Source of the DNA: Polyangiales bacterium
GTDB taxonomy: Bacteria; Myxococcota_A; Polyangia; Polyangiales; Polyangiaceae
Length of the DNA stretch: 52,528 nt
Direction of reading: 5' to 3'
NCBI GenBank assembly: GCA_038231275.1
Contig: JBBRLQ010000044.1
Coordinates: 1-52,528, forward strand
Shown: in pieces, positions 41,604 through 52,528 of the stretch
Numbering within the stretch: position 1 is the stretch's first letter
Layout: every line of letters starts with the position of its first letter
Position numbers and translations under genes: made by a program
Notes under the pieces: generated by a model
What the model saw: the letters and a program-made list of their open reading frames with translations, nothing else
Databases searched by the model: none
Told to the model about the DNA's origin: nothing

Positions 41604-42542
41604 ATGCCCACGCGCAAGAAGATCGGTCTGATTGGTGCCGGAAACATCGGCGGCGAGCTCGCGCGTCTCCTCGCGAACAAAGAGCTCGGCGACGTTTGGC
41701 TCTACGACATCCCCGCGAAGGAGAACTTCGCGAAGGGCAAGGCGCTCGATCTCGAGCAGAACGGCGCCGTCCTCGGCTATGACTCGCACATTCGCGGGAC
41801 CGCCAACTGGGCGGACCTCGAAGGGGCCGACGTCCTCATCGTGACCGCGGGCATCCCGCGCAAGCCCGGCCAGTCGCGCGACGATCTCGTGGCGACGAAC
41901 CTCCCGATCATTCGCGACGTCGCGAACAACGCGAAGAAACACGCGCCCAACGCGTTCACGATCGTCATCTCGAACCCGCTCGACGCGATGGTCTACGAGT
42001 TCAAGCGCGTCACCGGCTGCGCGAAGGGCATGGCGGTCGGCATGGCCGGTGTCCTCGACAGCGCGCGCTTCCAGCTCTTCCTCGCGCGCGAGGCGGGCGT
42101 CAGCGTGAAGGACGTCCGCGCGATGGTGCTTGGCGGCCACGGAGACGACATGGTGCCGGTGCTCTCCATGACGACGATCAATGGCGTCCCCGTCTCGTCG
42201 CTCATCGCGAAGGACAAGATCGGCGCCATCATCGAGCGCACCCGCAAGGGCGGCGGCGAGATCGTGAACCTGATGGGGACGAGCGCGTACTACGCGCCGG
42301 CGTCATCGGCCGTCGCGATGGCGGAGGCGTACCTGCACGACCAGAAGCGCCTTCTCGCGGGCGCGGCGTACCTGGACGGCGAGTTCGGCTACAAGGATCT
42401 CTTCATGGGCGTGCCGGTCGTGATCGGCGGCAAGGGCGTCGAGAAGATCATCGAGATCCCGCTCAGCGCCGAGGAGAAGGCGATGCTCGAGAAGAGCGCG
42501 AAGAGCGTTCAGAGCGTCGTCGACGTCGTCAAGAAGTCCTGA
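41604..42542 (+). CDS. mdh: malate dehydrogenase (LDH-like)
   Basis: GAGNIG, PRKPGQSRDDL, GMAGVLDSAR, GGHGD; RBS AAGGAG. Confidence 0.96.
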   Translation: MPTRKKIGLIGAGNIGGELARLLANKELGDVWLYDIPAKENFAKGKALDLEQNGAVLGYDSHIRGTANWADLEGADVLIVTAGIPRKPGQSRDDLVATNLPIIRDVANNAKKHAPNAFTIVISNPLDAMVYEFKRVTGCAKGMAVGMAGVLDSARFQLFLAREAGVSVKDVRAMVLGGHGDDMVPVLSMTTINGVPVSSLIAKDKIGAIIERTRKGGGEIVNLMGTSAYYAPASSAVAMAEAYLHDQKRLLAGAAYLDGEFGYKDLFMGVPVVIGGKGVEKIIEIPLSAEEKAMLEKSAKSVQSVVDVVKKS

Positions 42543-42581
42543 TCGAGAGAAGGCGCGATGCGGCGCGGGAGGGTCGAGCCC

Positions 42582-43430
42582 TCACCGCGCCGCGCGTCGT
42601 TTGGCGAGCTCGGCGTCGGTGTCCCAGAAATCGTAGGGGATGATCGTGAGCCCGGTGAAGAGGCTCCACCTGCGCTGCTGCCGGAGCGCGCCGAGGTCCA
42701 TCCCTGCGTCGAACATCAGCCACGGGCGAGGGGAGTAGGTGAGCCCGGTGAGGATTCCGGCGTCGGCCGGCGCGATGCGCGCGTGGCCGTCCGCGAAAGA
42801 GTACCCCTCGAGGATCGCGCCGAAGTCGCCGGCGAGCGGCGCCGCGAGCGCGAGCGTCACGAAGGGCTGGTAGCTGGGCGAGAGATCGAACTCCCAGACG
42901 TTGAGGCCGCCGTTGAGATCGAAGTGGAACGGGCCGACGTCTTTCGACGCGTAGCCCCAGAACGACGCGTCGTACGCGAACGGAAAGTCCGGGTGCCGGT
43001 CCCAGCTCGGAATGCTCAGCGCGGCGGACACCGCGAGCGACGGCCACAGCTCGGTCTGGTCGAGGAGCTTGGGCTTGAGGCCGATCGAGATGTCGTCGAG
43101 GAAGCGCGCCTCGCTCGCCACTTTCCCCGTGGTGAGCACCTTTCCGTTGGAGCCGACCTGGAGCTGCAGGCGCTCGAAGAGCGAGAGCTTCGCGAGGAAC
43201 GGCTGCGCGTGGACGTACCCGCCGCTCGTGATGCTCCGCGCGAGGTAGCCGGCCTCGATTTCGAGCGCGCCCGGCGGGACGAGGTCCGCCGTGCACGAGA
43301 TGGTCGGGCGGCACGGCAGGACGCGATACGTCTCGTCGGGCGGTCCGGCCTCTGCCCGGCGAGCAAACCCCAGCGCCGCAGCAAAAAGGACGAGGAGCAC
43401 GAGGCAAAAACGAGCCACCGTGTCCCACAT
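42582..43430 (-). CDS. putative outer membrane beta-barrel (MetA/phenol-degradation transporter-like)
   Basis: Signal peptide; RPT....DLVPPGALEIEAG; amphipathic strands. Confidence 0.65.
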   Translation of the reverse strand: MWDTVARFCLVLLVLFAAALGFARRAEAGPPDETYRVLPCRPTISCTADLVPPGALEIEAGYLARSITSGGYVHAQPFLAKLSLFERLQLQVGSNGKVLTTGKVASEARFLDDISIGLKPKLLDQTELWPSLAVSAALSIPSWDRHPDFPFAYDASFWGYASKDVGPFHFDLNGGLNVWEFDLSPSYQPFVTLALAAPLAGDFGAILEGYSFADGHARIAPADAGILTGLTYSPRPWLMFDAGMDLGALRQQRRWSLFTGLTIIPYDFWDTDAELAKRRAAR

Positions 43431-43464
43431 AGCCGAGGGCGGCGGGGGACGCTACGGTGTACGG

Positions 43465-43896
43465 GTGCGCCCTTCTCCCGATCAACTCCACGCGTTTCTG
43501 AAGCGCTACGCGGCGGCCGGATTTCCGTATTCGAACACGATCGTGCCGCTGCTGGATCGGACGGACGCGGCGAAGGTCGATCTCTTCGACGGCGCGTCGC
43601 TGACGGCATTGCGTGTCACGTACCGCGCGCGTGCGCGGCTGCTCGCGTCGCGCCGCCCACCGCCGACGACCGCGACGATGGCCGCCGAGGTCCTCGCGCT
43701 GTCGCGCGCGCTCGACGACGCGAGGGAGCAGCCGGTTCGCATCTGGCGGATCGCTCCACACGCCGGGCCTTCGTTCCACGTCTTCGAGCTGGCGGAGGAT
43801 CGGTGCCTCGCGGGCGTGGTTGCCTCGACGGATCACTCCGGGCGCTCGGTGATCAAGCAGGACGTGAGCCTCGGCGTCCTCTTGCTGCCGGCCTGA
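43465..43896 (+). CDS. hypothetical protein
   Basis: ORF fills the gap; GTG 43465 lies 6 nt after TACGGT. Confidence 0.55.
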   Translation: MRPSPDQLHAFLKRYAAAGFPYSNTIVPLLDRTDAAKVDLFDGASLTALRVTYRARARLLASRRPPPTTATMAAEVLALSRALDDAREQPVRIWRIAPHAGPSFHVFELAEDRCLAGVVASTDHSGRSVIKQDVSLGVLLLPA

Positions 43897-43975
43897 CCGA
43901 TCGTAAGGTGTCGCGAAACGGCCCATCGCGCGCTGCCCCTTCCGCTCAGGGGTTGACCTACCGTACGTTGGCCGG

Positions 43976-44509
43976 ATGACCTCGGGTGGTCCGCCCAAAG
44001 GAACCGATACGCGTCGCGAACCCGGGTTCGACGACGACGATCTTCCTACCGACATCATCCATCGCGATCCGAGCCTGACCGTGAAGACGCCGAAGTTGCG
44101 CCTCGGCGTGCCGCGCGCCGCGGACGAGACGGACGTTGGTGAGGCGACGCTCATGATCCGAAAGAGCAGCTCGTCGACGCTCGCGTGCGCGGCGATCCCG
44201 CGCGAGCTGTGTGCGTGGATCGAGACGAAGAGCGGACCGGCGTCCGCGCTCGGCCGCCTCGACGTGACGCAGGTGCGTACGGTGATTGGCCGCGGGCTCC
44301 AAGCCGATCTGCGCGTCGACGACACGATGCTTTCTCGCGTGCATGCCGTCGTCTTCTACACGGGCGAGGAGTTCCGCATTCGCGACGAAGAGAGCGCGAA
44401 CGGCACGCTCCTCAACGGCTCGCGCGTCGTCGAGTATGCGCTCCGTGACGGCGACGAGCTCCGCGTCGGCACCAGCGTCCTCGTCTTCCGCGTCACGCGC
44501 AGCGGCTGA
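43976..44509 (+). CDS. FHA domain protein
   Basis: IGR, SRVHA, SANGT..NG. Confidence 0.88.
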   Translation: MTSGGPPKGTDTRREPGFDDDDLPTDIIHRDPSLTVKTPKLRLGVPRAADETDVGEATLMIRKSSSSTLACAAIPRELCAWIETKSGPASALGRLDVTQVRTVIGRGLQADLRVDDTMLSRVHAVVFYTGEEFRIRDEESANGTLLNGSRVVEYALRDGDELRVGTSVLVFRVTRSG

Positions 44510-44517
44510 GCGAGCTT

Positions 44518-45498
44518 CTACTCGTAGCGCGGCAGGCGCGGGTGCTCGAGATCGATCCACTCGGCGCCGTCGGCGTCGAGGACCGCGCGATCCATCACGC
44601 CCTCGAGCTCGCGCGCGTTGCGGGGCCACTCGTGGCGCGTGAGCGCGTTCTTCGCCTGCTCGCTCAAGCGAGGCACCCGCTCCTGGAGCTGCCGCGCCGA
44701 TCGCGAGATGAACAGCTCCGCGAGCGGCACGATGTCGTCGCGACGGGCGCGCAGAGGAGGCATCGCGACCGCGAAGCCCGCCATCATCGACGCGAGACGC
44801 AGCCCCTCCGCGCGCGCCGTGAAGATGCGCCTCGGGCCGCCGCGGTGAGGCCCGAGGACCTTTTCGTGCAGCTCGCGCGGCAGCTCGTCGACGCGCTCGA
44901 AGAGGAGCGTGCCGCCCGCCGCCTCCTCGCGCGCGGCCTGGAGCTGCGCGAGATCCAGCGTGCCGCTGTCGACCGTGACCATCGGCTTCTTTGCGCGCGA
45001 CGACCGCGCGATCAGCGCGTGCGCATAAACGCGCTTTCCGGTGCCGGTCTCTCCGACGACGAGGACGTCGAGCGTGCTGGGACCGAGCACGTCGAGGAGC
45101 GCGTGCACCCGCTGGCTCTTCGGATCGACCGAGATCGGATCGACGCGTCCACGCGGCGCGCGCGAGGGCTTCGCCCGAGGCACCTTGCGCCGCTCGTGGA
45201 TGAGGAGCGTCGTGCTCCCGAGGTCGAAGGCGACGCCCAGCGGCAGGGGGCACTTTTGTCGCGGATCGAGCCGGTACCCGAGCACCGACGAGCCGTTGGC
45301 GCTCCGCAGATCTTCGACGGCGAGGCGCGGCGGCGTCCCGGGCCCCAGGTGGAGCGCCGCGTGCTCGCGCGACATCGACGCGTCGTCGAGCGCGACGTCG
45401 CACCGCGCGGCTCGCCCGAAGGTGAGCCGCCGTCGCTCCGGGAGCGGAATCCGAACGAGCCCCTCATCGGCGCTCACGAGCAAGCAGAGCTGCGCCAC
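44518..45498 (-). CDS. FHA + degenerate sigma-54-activator-type AAA domain
   Basis: [44 protein letters not shown] and C-terminal HTH absent. Confidence 0.8.
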   Translation of the reverse strand: MAQLCLLVSADEGLVRIPLPERRRLTFGRAARCDVALDDASMSREHAALHLGPGTPPRLAVEDLRSANGSSVLGYRLDPRQKCPLPLGVAFDLGSTTLLIHERRKVPRAKPSRAPRGRVDPISVDPKSQRVHALLDVLGPSTLDVLVVGETGTGKRVYAHALIARSSRAKKPMVTVDSGTLDLAQLQAAREEAAGGTLLFERVDELPRELHEKVLGPHRGGPRRIFTARAEGLRLASMMAGFAVAMPPLRARRDDIVPLAELFISRSARQLQERVPRLSEQAKNALTRHEWPRNARELEGVMDRAVLDADGAEWIDLEHPRLPRYE

Positions 45499-45593
45499 CG
45501 GGCGGGACCATAATCCATCTCCCGGCGAATCAGAGCCTGATTCTCGCCGATCGGGGGCCTTCGCGGCGCCGACTCTGTGGTAGCGTCCGGCCC

Positions 45594-46804
<1,211 letters not shown>

Positions 46805-46808
<4 letters not shown>

Positions 46809-47707
46809 GCGTCCTCGTCGGCAAGAACACCAAAGTGCTCGTCCAGGGCATCACCGGCGGCGCGGGCTCGTTCCACGCCAAGCAGATGCTCGAGTACGGC
46901 ACGAAGGTCGTGGCCGGCGTCACGCCGACGCGCGGCGGCGAGAAGTTCGAGGGCAAGGTCCCCGTCTTCGACACGGTCGCGCGCGCGGTCCAAGAGAGCG
47001 GCGCCGACACGAGCGTCATCTTCGTCCCCCCGCCCGGCGCGGCCGACGCGATCCTCGAAGCGATCGACGCGGGATGCCTGCTCGTCGTCTGCATCACCGA
47101 GGGCATTCCGGTGATAGACATGATCAAGGTCCGCCGCGTCCTCGAGGCCACGCAGGCCTTCCAGCGCTCCGAGGGCAAACCCATCACGCGCCTGATCGGC
47201 CCGAACTGCCCCGGCATCATCACGCCGGGAGCGTGCAAGATCGGCATCATGCCCGGCCACATCCACAAAGAAGGCCACATCGGCGTGGTCTCGCGCTCCG
47301 GCACGCTCACGTACGAAGCGGTCGGCCAGCTCACGTCGCTCGGCATCGGCCAATCCACGTGCGTCGGCATCGGCGGCGATCCGGTCGCGGGCATGGACTT
47401 CGTCGACGTCCTCGAGCTGTTCCAGGCCGATCCCGACACCCACGGCGTCATCATGATCGGCGAGATCGGCGGCGGCATGGAGGAGCGCGGCGCGAAGTTC
47501 ATCAAAGAGAAGATGAACAAGCCGGTCGCGTGCTTCATCGCCGGCACGACCGCGCCGCCCGGCAAGCGCATGGGTCACGCGGGAGCCATCATCGCGGGAG
47601 GCAAGGGCACCGCCGCCGAAAAGATGAAGGCGCTCGAGGACGCGGGCGCCAAGATCGCGCCGACCCCGAGCGACATGGCGAGCACGCTCAAGTCGATGAT
47701 GAAATAA
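46805..47707 (+). CDS. sucD: succinyl-CoA synthetase alpha subunit
   Basis: [31 protein letters not shown] overlap. Confidence 0.97.
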
Positions 47708-47750
47708 GAGGCGGCCTGCACCGAGGCCGGCGAGGCGGTATCCTGGAGGG

Positions 47751-49124
47751 ATGATGGTTCGTAGCTTCACCGTCCTTCCCGTCTTGTTCGGCGCCGCGCT
47801 CGCCTTCGCCGCATGCAGCAGCTCCAGCTCCGGTGGCGTCACTCCGTCACCGGATGGTGGTGACGGCGGCGAGACCGTCGATTCGGGTGGAGGTGGAGAC
47901 GGCGGCACCGAGGCCGGCGGTCCGAAGCCGCAGACGAAGATCGAGCACGTGATCGTCGTGGTGCAGGAAAACCACACGTTCGACACGTACTTTGGGAAAT
48001 ACTGCACCGCCCCCACGGGCTCGAACCCGACGTGCACCACCGGGCCCGCGTGCTGCGAGGCCGGGCCCGACAAGGAGCCGTCGGGCGCGTCGCCGGCGGT
48101 CCTCGACGACGCGCTCAACGCCGCGCACGATCCCGATCACACGACGGCGTGCGAGACGAACGAGATGAACGGCGGCGCGATGGACAAGTACGTCACCGGA
48201 ACGGGATGCTCGAGCCCGCAGAATTTCGCGTACGCCGACCCCGCGCTCGTGAAGCCCTATCGCGACATGGCGGCCGGCGGAGCGATGGCGGACCGGTATT
48301 TCCAGCCCGTCGTCGGTCAGAGCTCGTCGAACGACATGTTCTTCGCGCGCGCGGGCTTCGTATTCACCGACAACGCGTTCATCCCCGCGTCGATCGGTCA
48401 CGGGTGCTCGACCGTCAGCAAGACCGCCGAATACACCGACAACACGGTGGCCGATCTCCTGGTCGCGAAGGGCGCGTCGTTCGCGTGGTACGGCGAGGGA
48501 TACAAGGCGATGGTCGACGCGAAGGGAGGTTGCCCCGACGCGCCGGCCGACTGCGCGCTCGGCGCCGCGCTCTACCCGTGCATCTACGATCCGGGCGACG
48601 TGCCGTTCCAGTTCTACCCGACGCTCCGCGACAAGCCCGAGATCATGCGCGACCTTTCGCAGCTCGACGCGGACCTCGCGGGAGGAACGCTGCCCGCGGT
48701 TTCGTTCGTCAAGGCGCTCGGCTACAAGAGCGAGCACCCTGGCCTCCAGGACAAGATCTCGGCGGGCGTCACGTTCGTGAAGGGCGTGGCCGACAAGATC
48801 GCCGCCTCGAAGGTCGCCGCGAGCACGCTCATCCTCGTCACGTTCGACGAGGGGGGCGGCTACTTCGATCACATCACGCCTCCGCTCGCCGCGGCCTCCG
48901 ACGGAAAGCCCTACGGAACCCGCGTGCCCTTGATCGCGATCGGTCCGTTCGCGAAGAAGAACACCGTGAGCCACGTCGTGATGGAGCACTCGTCGATCGT
49001 GAAGTTCATCGAGTGGAATTGGCTCGGCGACACCGGGCAGCTCAAGACGCGCGATCAGGAGGTCAATAACCTCGGGAGCCTGCTCGATCCGGCGGCGACG
49101 GGGGTGGTGGTGCCGGAGAAATAG
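47751..49124 (+). CDS. phosphoesterase (phospholipase C / AcpA family) lipoprotein
   Basis: Lipobox FAAC; QENHTFDTYFG, SEHP, TFDEGGGYFDH, GTRVP, HSSIVKFIE. Confidence 0.88.
   Translation: MMVRSFTVLPVLFGAALAFAACSSSSSGGVTPSPDGGDGGETVDSGGGGDGGTEAGGPKPQTKIEHVIVVVQENHTFDTYFGKYCTAPTGSNPTCTTGPACCEAGPDKEPSGASPAVLDDALNAAHDPDHTTACETNEMNGGAMDKYVTGTGCSSPQNFAYADPALVKPYRDMAAGGAMADRYFQPVVGQSSSNDMFFARAGFVFTDNAFIPASIGHGCSTVSKTAEYTDNTVADLLVAKGASFAWYGEGYKAMVDAKGGCPDAPADCALGAALYPCIYDPGDVPFQFYPTLRDKPEIMRDLSQLDADLAGGTLPAVSFVKALGYKSEHPGLQDKISAGVTFVKGVADKIAASKVAASTLILVTFDEGGGYFDHITPPLAAASDGKPYGTRVPLIAIGPFAKKNTVSHVVMEHSSIVKFIEWNWLGDTGQLKTRDQEVNNLGSLLDPAATGVVVPEK
49082..49103 (+). repeat. 22-bp direct repeat, copy 1 (GCTCGATCCGGCGGCGACGGGG)
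   Basis: Identical to 49790-49811. Confidence 0.92.
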
Positions 49125-49178
49125 AACGCGGCGGGCGCGCCATCGGCAGCCCTCCGGCGCGGGCACCGCGAGCCCGCG

Positions 49179-49733
49179 TCATTGCTTGGTGTACGTGATC
49201 ACCATGAGGCCGTCGGGTTGCTCGACAAATACCGTATAGGTCGATGAGGTGGCCGTGAACCGCTCGACTCGCCCGGAACTGCCAATGCCGCCGTCCGGCC
49301 TATTCGACGGCCCGCACACGAGCTGGTAGCTAATCGTCGTTCCGGCAATGGTGAACGTCGCATTCGTCCTCAACGGCGGCGCGACGGAATAATCCGCAGA
49401 CTCGACGAGGTTGCCTCGGAAGCGGAGCGTCGAACCTCCGATGAAGTAAGAGCCCGGAGGCAAGCCCCCGGAGGGAACGGGATAGGCGTGCTCTTCGGTG
49501 ACCGCGTAGGTACCGTCTTGAATTATGCCCCCGACCGGCTCGGGAGGGCCGCCATCTGGGTCACTAACGGGAATCCTCGACAGCGACAGATTCGGGACCG
49601 TATTGCAGGCGCCGTCAGCGGCTCCGCTTTCCGCATCTTGACCGCCGTCCGCCGAAACCAGCGCGGTCGTTCCGCCGCAGCCGCAAAGGACGATGAGCAC
49701 GCTCGCAAGGTCGAAGGGGACCAACGAATGCAC
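49179..49733 (-). CDS. hypothetical lipoprotein in a lower-GC insert
   Basis: LCGC lipobox-like; PVGGIIQDGTY motif; TGC-TACTTT 6 nt before GTG. Confidence 0.7.
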   Translation of the reverse strand: MHSLVPFDLASVLIVLCGCGGTTALVSADGGQDAESGAADGACNTVPNLSLSRIPVSDPDGGPPEPVGGIIQDGTYAVTEEHAYPVPSGGLPPGSYFIGGSTLRFRGNLVESADYSVAPPLRTNATFTIAGTTISYQLVCGPSNRPDGGIGSSGRVERFTATSSTYTVFVEQPDGLMVITYTKQ

Positions 49734-49789
49734 TGCCGTAAAGTAGCACAATTTTGGGCGTGCTAGACAGCCACGCCAGCGCGCCAGGA

Positions 49790-49831
49790 GCTCGATCCGG
49801 CGGCGACGGGGTCGCCGTCCCCGACAAGTGA
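49790..49831 (+). pseudogene. displaced 3'-end remnant of the phosphoesterase gene, containing repeat copy 2
   Basis: Reads LDPAATG-VAVPDK* if one G is restored, versus LDPAATG-VVVPEK* in the gene. Confidence 0.75.
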
Positions 49832-49846
49832 TGCGATGCTCGCGGC

Positions 49847-51433
49847 GTGAGGGTTGCCGCGGCGACGGTGGGTGCGGGGCCGGCCGGTCTCCTCTTCGCG
49901 TCGTTGACGCTTCTCCTCGCGGAGAAGCGAGGGCTCGCCAAGGAGGCCCTCGTGGTGCGCGTCTACGACAAGCGCGAGACGTACGCACGCACGCACCGCC
50001 TGCGGATGGCCAAAGCGGCATACCTGGAGATCCAGCGTGAGCTCGGCGACGCGCGCTTCGATCGGCTGATCGACTTCCTCGAGGGGGAGGAGTTCGCCCC
50101 CGAGGTGAACGCGCTCGAAGAGAAGCTCGTGGCCCTCCTCGTCGCGACGGGGGGCAAGAAGGAGCTGCTCGCCGTCGGGGACGGGCCCGGCGAGACCACG
50201 CTCGTGGGGTTGCGTGCGCGGCTCGTCGCCGAGGGAGTCCTCGGGGAGGGGACGCTCCTGTCGATCGTCGCGGCGGACTCCGTGCACAGCACGGTGCGCG
50301 AGATGGTGCGCGGCAACGTCGCGCCGACGCGAAAAGCTCACGAGCAGCTCGCGCGCCTGCGCGTGGAAGGGGCAGGCCTCCCGAAGCGGCTCGGCGCCGT
50401 CGAGCAGCTGCGATTGTCGCGCGTCTTGGGATCGATCGTCGACTACCGGCTCAACAAGAACGGGTTCGCCGAGGTGGATCTGTTCCTCGCGCCGGCAGAG
50501 TTCGATCAGGTGAAGGATCTCGGCGCCACGCCGCGTGCGCCGGTGCGCCTCACGAGCGCGCAGCTGGACGCGGTTCGGGCGCCGATGTTTCGCGCGATCG
50601 TCGCGCACCTCGAGGCGGCAGGGGACGACGCGCCGGCACGCCAGGTGACGCTCCAGTCGACGTTCCGCCTCGAGCACGCGGTCATGCCGCGCCTGACGTT
50701 CGAGGTCCCGGAGATTCGAGCCCGGGTCTTCTTGATCGGTGACGCCGGCCTGTCGCTGCCGTTTCAGCGCGGCATGTCGTGCCTCGCCTATTGCGCGCTG
50801 CGCCTCGCCCGTGTCCACGTCGAGCTCGCGATCGCGACCTCGGGCGCCGCCGCCGCGCCGCTGGCCGCGCGCTACGACGCGGAGGCGCACGGCGTGGTAG
50901 GGCGCGAGATCTCCATCGTCGCGAGCCGCGCGCGCCTCGTCCGTACGCTGCGCGAGATCGTGCGCCTCTCTGCGCTCCTGCCGTTCCCCATCCAGTCCTG
51001 GTGGCTACGCGTGCCGAGGAAGGTGCGCGTCGTCGATCATCTGTCGCTTTGGTGGTGGGCCAACGCCGCGGTCGCGGTAGGTGCCGCGAGCGTCGCGATG
51101 CTCGGTCTCACGGCCCACGCGGGGCGGCTGCCCGTGCTCACGTGGTGGAGCATTCCGATCGAGGTGCTCGGCGGCGTCGTCTACCACTCGGCGCTCGCCT
51201 TCGAGGGCGGCGCGCACCGGCTCGTGCGACGCGTCTGGGAGCTGCAGCTCCTGGCAGTGTTCGCGACGGGCGTGTGGGGCTGGGGCCACGAGGTCGCGTC
51301 GGCGCGGCGCTTCTTGCTCGACGCCCGGCCGTTCTGGTCGCTCGTCCTCGCCGCCGCGTTCGTCCTCGGCGTGCAGGCGTTCGAGCGCGTCGTCGCCGGC
51401 TGGTTCAAGCGCGCGGGCGTCGACTACCACTGA
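49847..51433 (+). CDS. FAD-dependent oxidoreductase/monooxygenase with C-terminal TM helices
   Basis: VGAGPAG, AADS, LIGDAG; about 4 hydrophobic helices at the C-terminus. Confidence 0.72.
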   Translation: MRVAAATVGAGPAGLLFASLTLLLAEKRGLAKEALVVRVYDKRETYARTHRLRMAKAAYLEIQRELGDARFDRLIDFLEGEEFAPEVNALEEKLVALLVATGGKKELLAVGDGPGETTLVGLRARLVAEGVLGEGTLLSIVAADSVHSTVREMVRGNVAPTRKAHEQLARLRVEGAGLPKRLGAVEQLRLSRVLGSIVDYRLNKNGFAEVDLFLAPAEFDQVKDLGATPRAPVRLTSAQLDAVRAPMFRAIVAHLEAAGDDAPARQVTLQSTFRLEHAVMPRLTFEVPEIRARVFLIGDAGLSLPFQRGMSCLAYCALRLARVHVELAIATSGAAAAPLAARYDAEAHGVVGREISIVASRARLVRTLREIVRLSALLPFPIQSWWLRVPRKVRVVDHLSLWWWANAAVAVGAASVAMLGLTAHAGRLPVLTWWSIPIEVLGGVVYHSALAFEGGAHRLVRRVWELQLLAVFATGVWGWGHEVASARRFLLDARPFWSLVLAAAFVLGVQAFERVVAGWFKRAGVDYH

Positions 51434-51453
51434 GGGGCTGCTAGACTCGGCCC

Positions 51454-52491
51454 ATGGGCGATGGGCGGAACCTGCGGCGTGCGCTCGTCCTCGCGTGCCT
51501 CGCGCATGCGGGCGGGTTCGCCGCGGTGCGTCTCGCGCCGCCGCGCCCCGCGCAGGCGGCCGCGGTGGCCGACGTCGAAGGTACGTTCTTGTCGATCGAG
51601 ACGGTGCCGGTCGTCGCAGAGCCGTCGTCCGTCACGCCGCCCGACGCACCGACCGCCGCGATCGGAGCGCTCGCGCACCTCGGGCGAGCGGGAGGGGCGG
51701 CCGCTGTGCGCGCGGGGCAGGCGGGGTCGGTGATGTCGTCGGGCGACGGAGTGGCGGCGGCTGACCCGGCCGATGCGACGCCGAACGTGCTCACGTCCCC
51801 GAACGACGAAGGATGGACCTTCCATTCGACCAAGGTCGATCTCGGCATCGACCCGAAGAAGCGCGCGATGCTCGCGGCAGGTGGGCCGGGCGCGGCCGAC
51901 GCTCCTCCCTCGCGCATCGGCGGCTCGAAGACCGGCGGCGTCGTCGAGGCGCTCGACGCCAAGGACGGCGAGAGGGGTCTCGGCCGCGGCGGTGTCGTGA
52001 ACGCCGCGATCCACGACGCGGTGCAGGCGTCGAGCGTGATGGGCACCGCCATCTTCGCCGTCACGATCGACGGCAGCGGAGCCATCCGCGTAACGGTCTC
52101 GAGCGCCAGCCAGGACGAGGTCGGCTGGGCCCGCCTGAACGAGTCGATACGCGCGAGCGTCGCCGCGCGAAAAGATCAAATCCGCATGCCCCCGTCGGGC
52201 GGCGGCTTGCGCATCGCCGTCCAGGCCGAGGCGAAGGAGCAGTTCCCGAACGGCGTGAAGCCGCAGGATCTCGGCACCAAGGGCGTCGCGAAGGGCCTGA
52301 GCGTGACCGAGACGAAGGACAAGGTCGACATCAACCTCCCGCAGCTCGCGGTCGTGCATCGCGGCAAGGTCTGCGACGTCGGGCTCTCCGCCATCCCTCC
52401 GTTCATCGCGGGCGGGTGCGATCCGTCGAACATCGGCGCCGTCGCGCAGCGCATCGTGACCGCGCGGATCGTGAGCGAGACGCGCCTTTGA
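51454..52491 (+). CDS. membrane-anchored hypothetical protein with possible TonB-C-like domain
   Basis: N-terminal TM with His, Pro/Ala linker, GTAIFAVTIDGSG; TAGACT 6 nt before ATG. Confidence 0.6.
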   Translation: MGDGRNLRRALVLACLAHAGGFAAVRLAPPRPAQAAAVADVEGTFLSIETVPVVAEPSSVTPPDAPTAAIGALAHLGRAGGAAAVRAGQAGSVMSSGDGVAAADPADATPNVLTSPNDEGWTFHSTKVDLGIDPKKRAMLAAGGPGAADAPPSRIGGSKTGGVVEALDAKDGERGLGRGGVVNAAIHDAVQASSVMGTAIFAVTIDGSGAIRVTVSSASQDEVGWARLNESIRASVAARKDQIRMPPSGGGLRIAVQAEAKEQFPNGVKPQDLGTKGVAKGLSVTETKDKVDINLPQLAVVHRGKVCDVGLSAIPPFIAGGCDPSNIGAVAQRIVTARIVSETRL

Positions 52492-52528
52492 CGGCGGACG
52501 TCGTGATTGGCGCGGCCACGCTCGCCGA

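Overview
High-GC bacterial chromosomal window with about 41 protein genes. Gene content (Cys/Gly-rich lipoproteins, Ser/Thr kinase-TPR module, FHA proteins) points to Myxococcota, Polyangiales/Labilithrix-like; this is inference. No rRNA, tRNA, CRISPR array, transposase or integrase was seen. Housekeeping genes: cca, lolA-ruvC-yebC, and icd/mdh/sucC/sucD split by accessory genes. Most notable: (1) an in-frame fusion of a maleylacetate-reductase-like domain with homogentisate 1,2-dioxygenase, suggesting a reductive, isomerase-free homogentisate route; (2) a PlsA/PlsR-like CoA-activase/dehydratase pair, a candidate O2-independent ether-lipid/plasmalogen synthase; (3) a ~0.7 kb lower-GC single-gene insert flanked by a 22-bp direct repeat plus a displaced copy of the host gene's 3' end; (4) tandem giant transglutaminase-fold proteins, one with an intact triad and one lacking the Cys; (5) recurrent TAnnnT-N5-7-start (leaderless-type) promoters and a D-[GAS]-G motif shared by unrelated lipoproteins. 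All functional calls come from motif recognition by eye; no searches were run.
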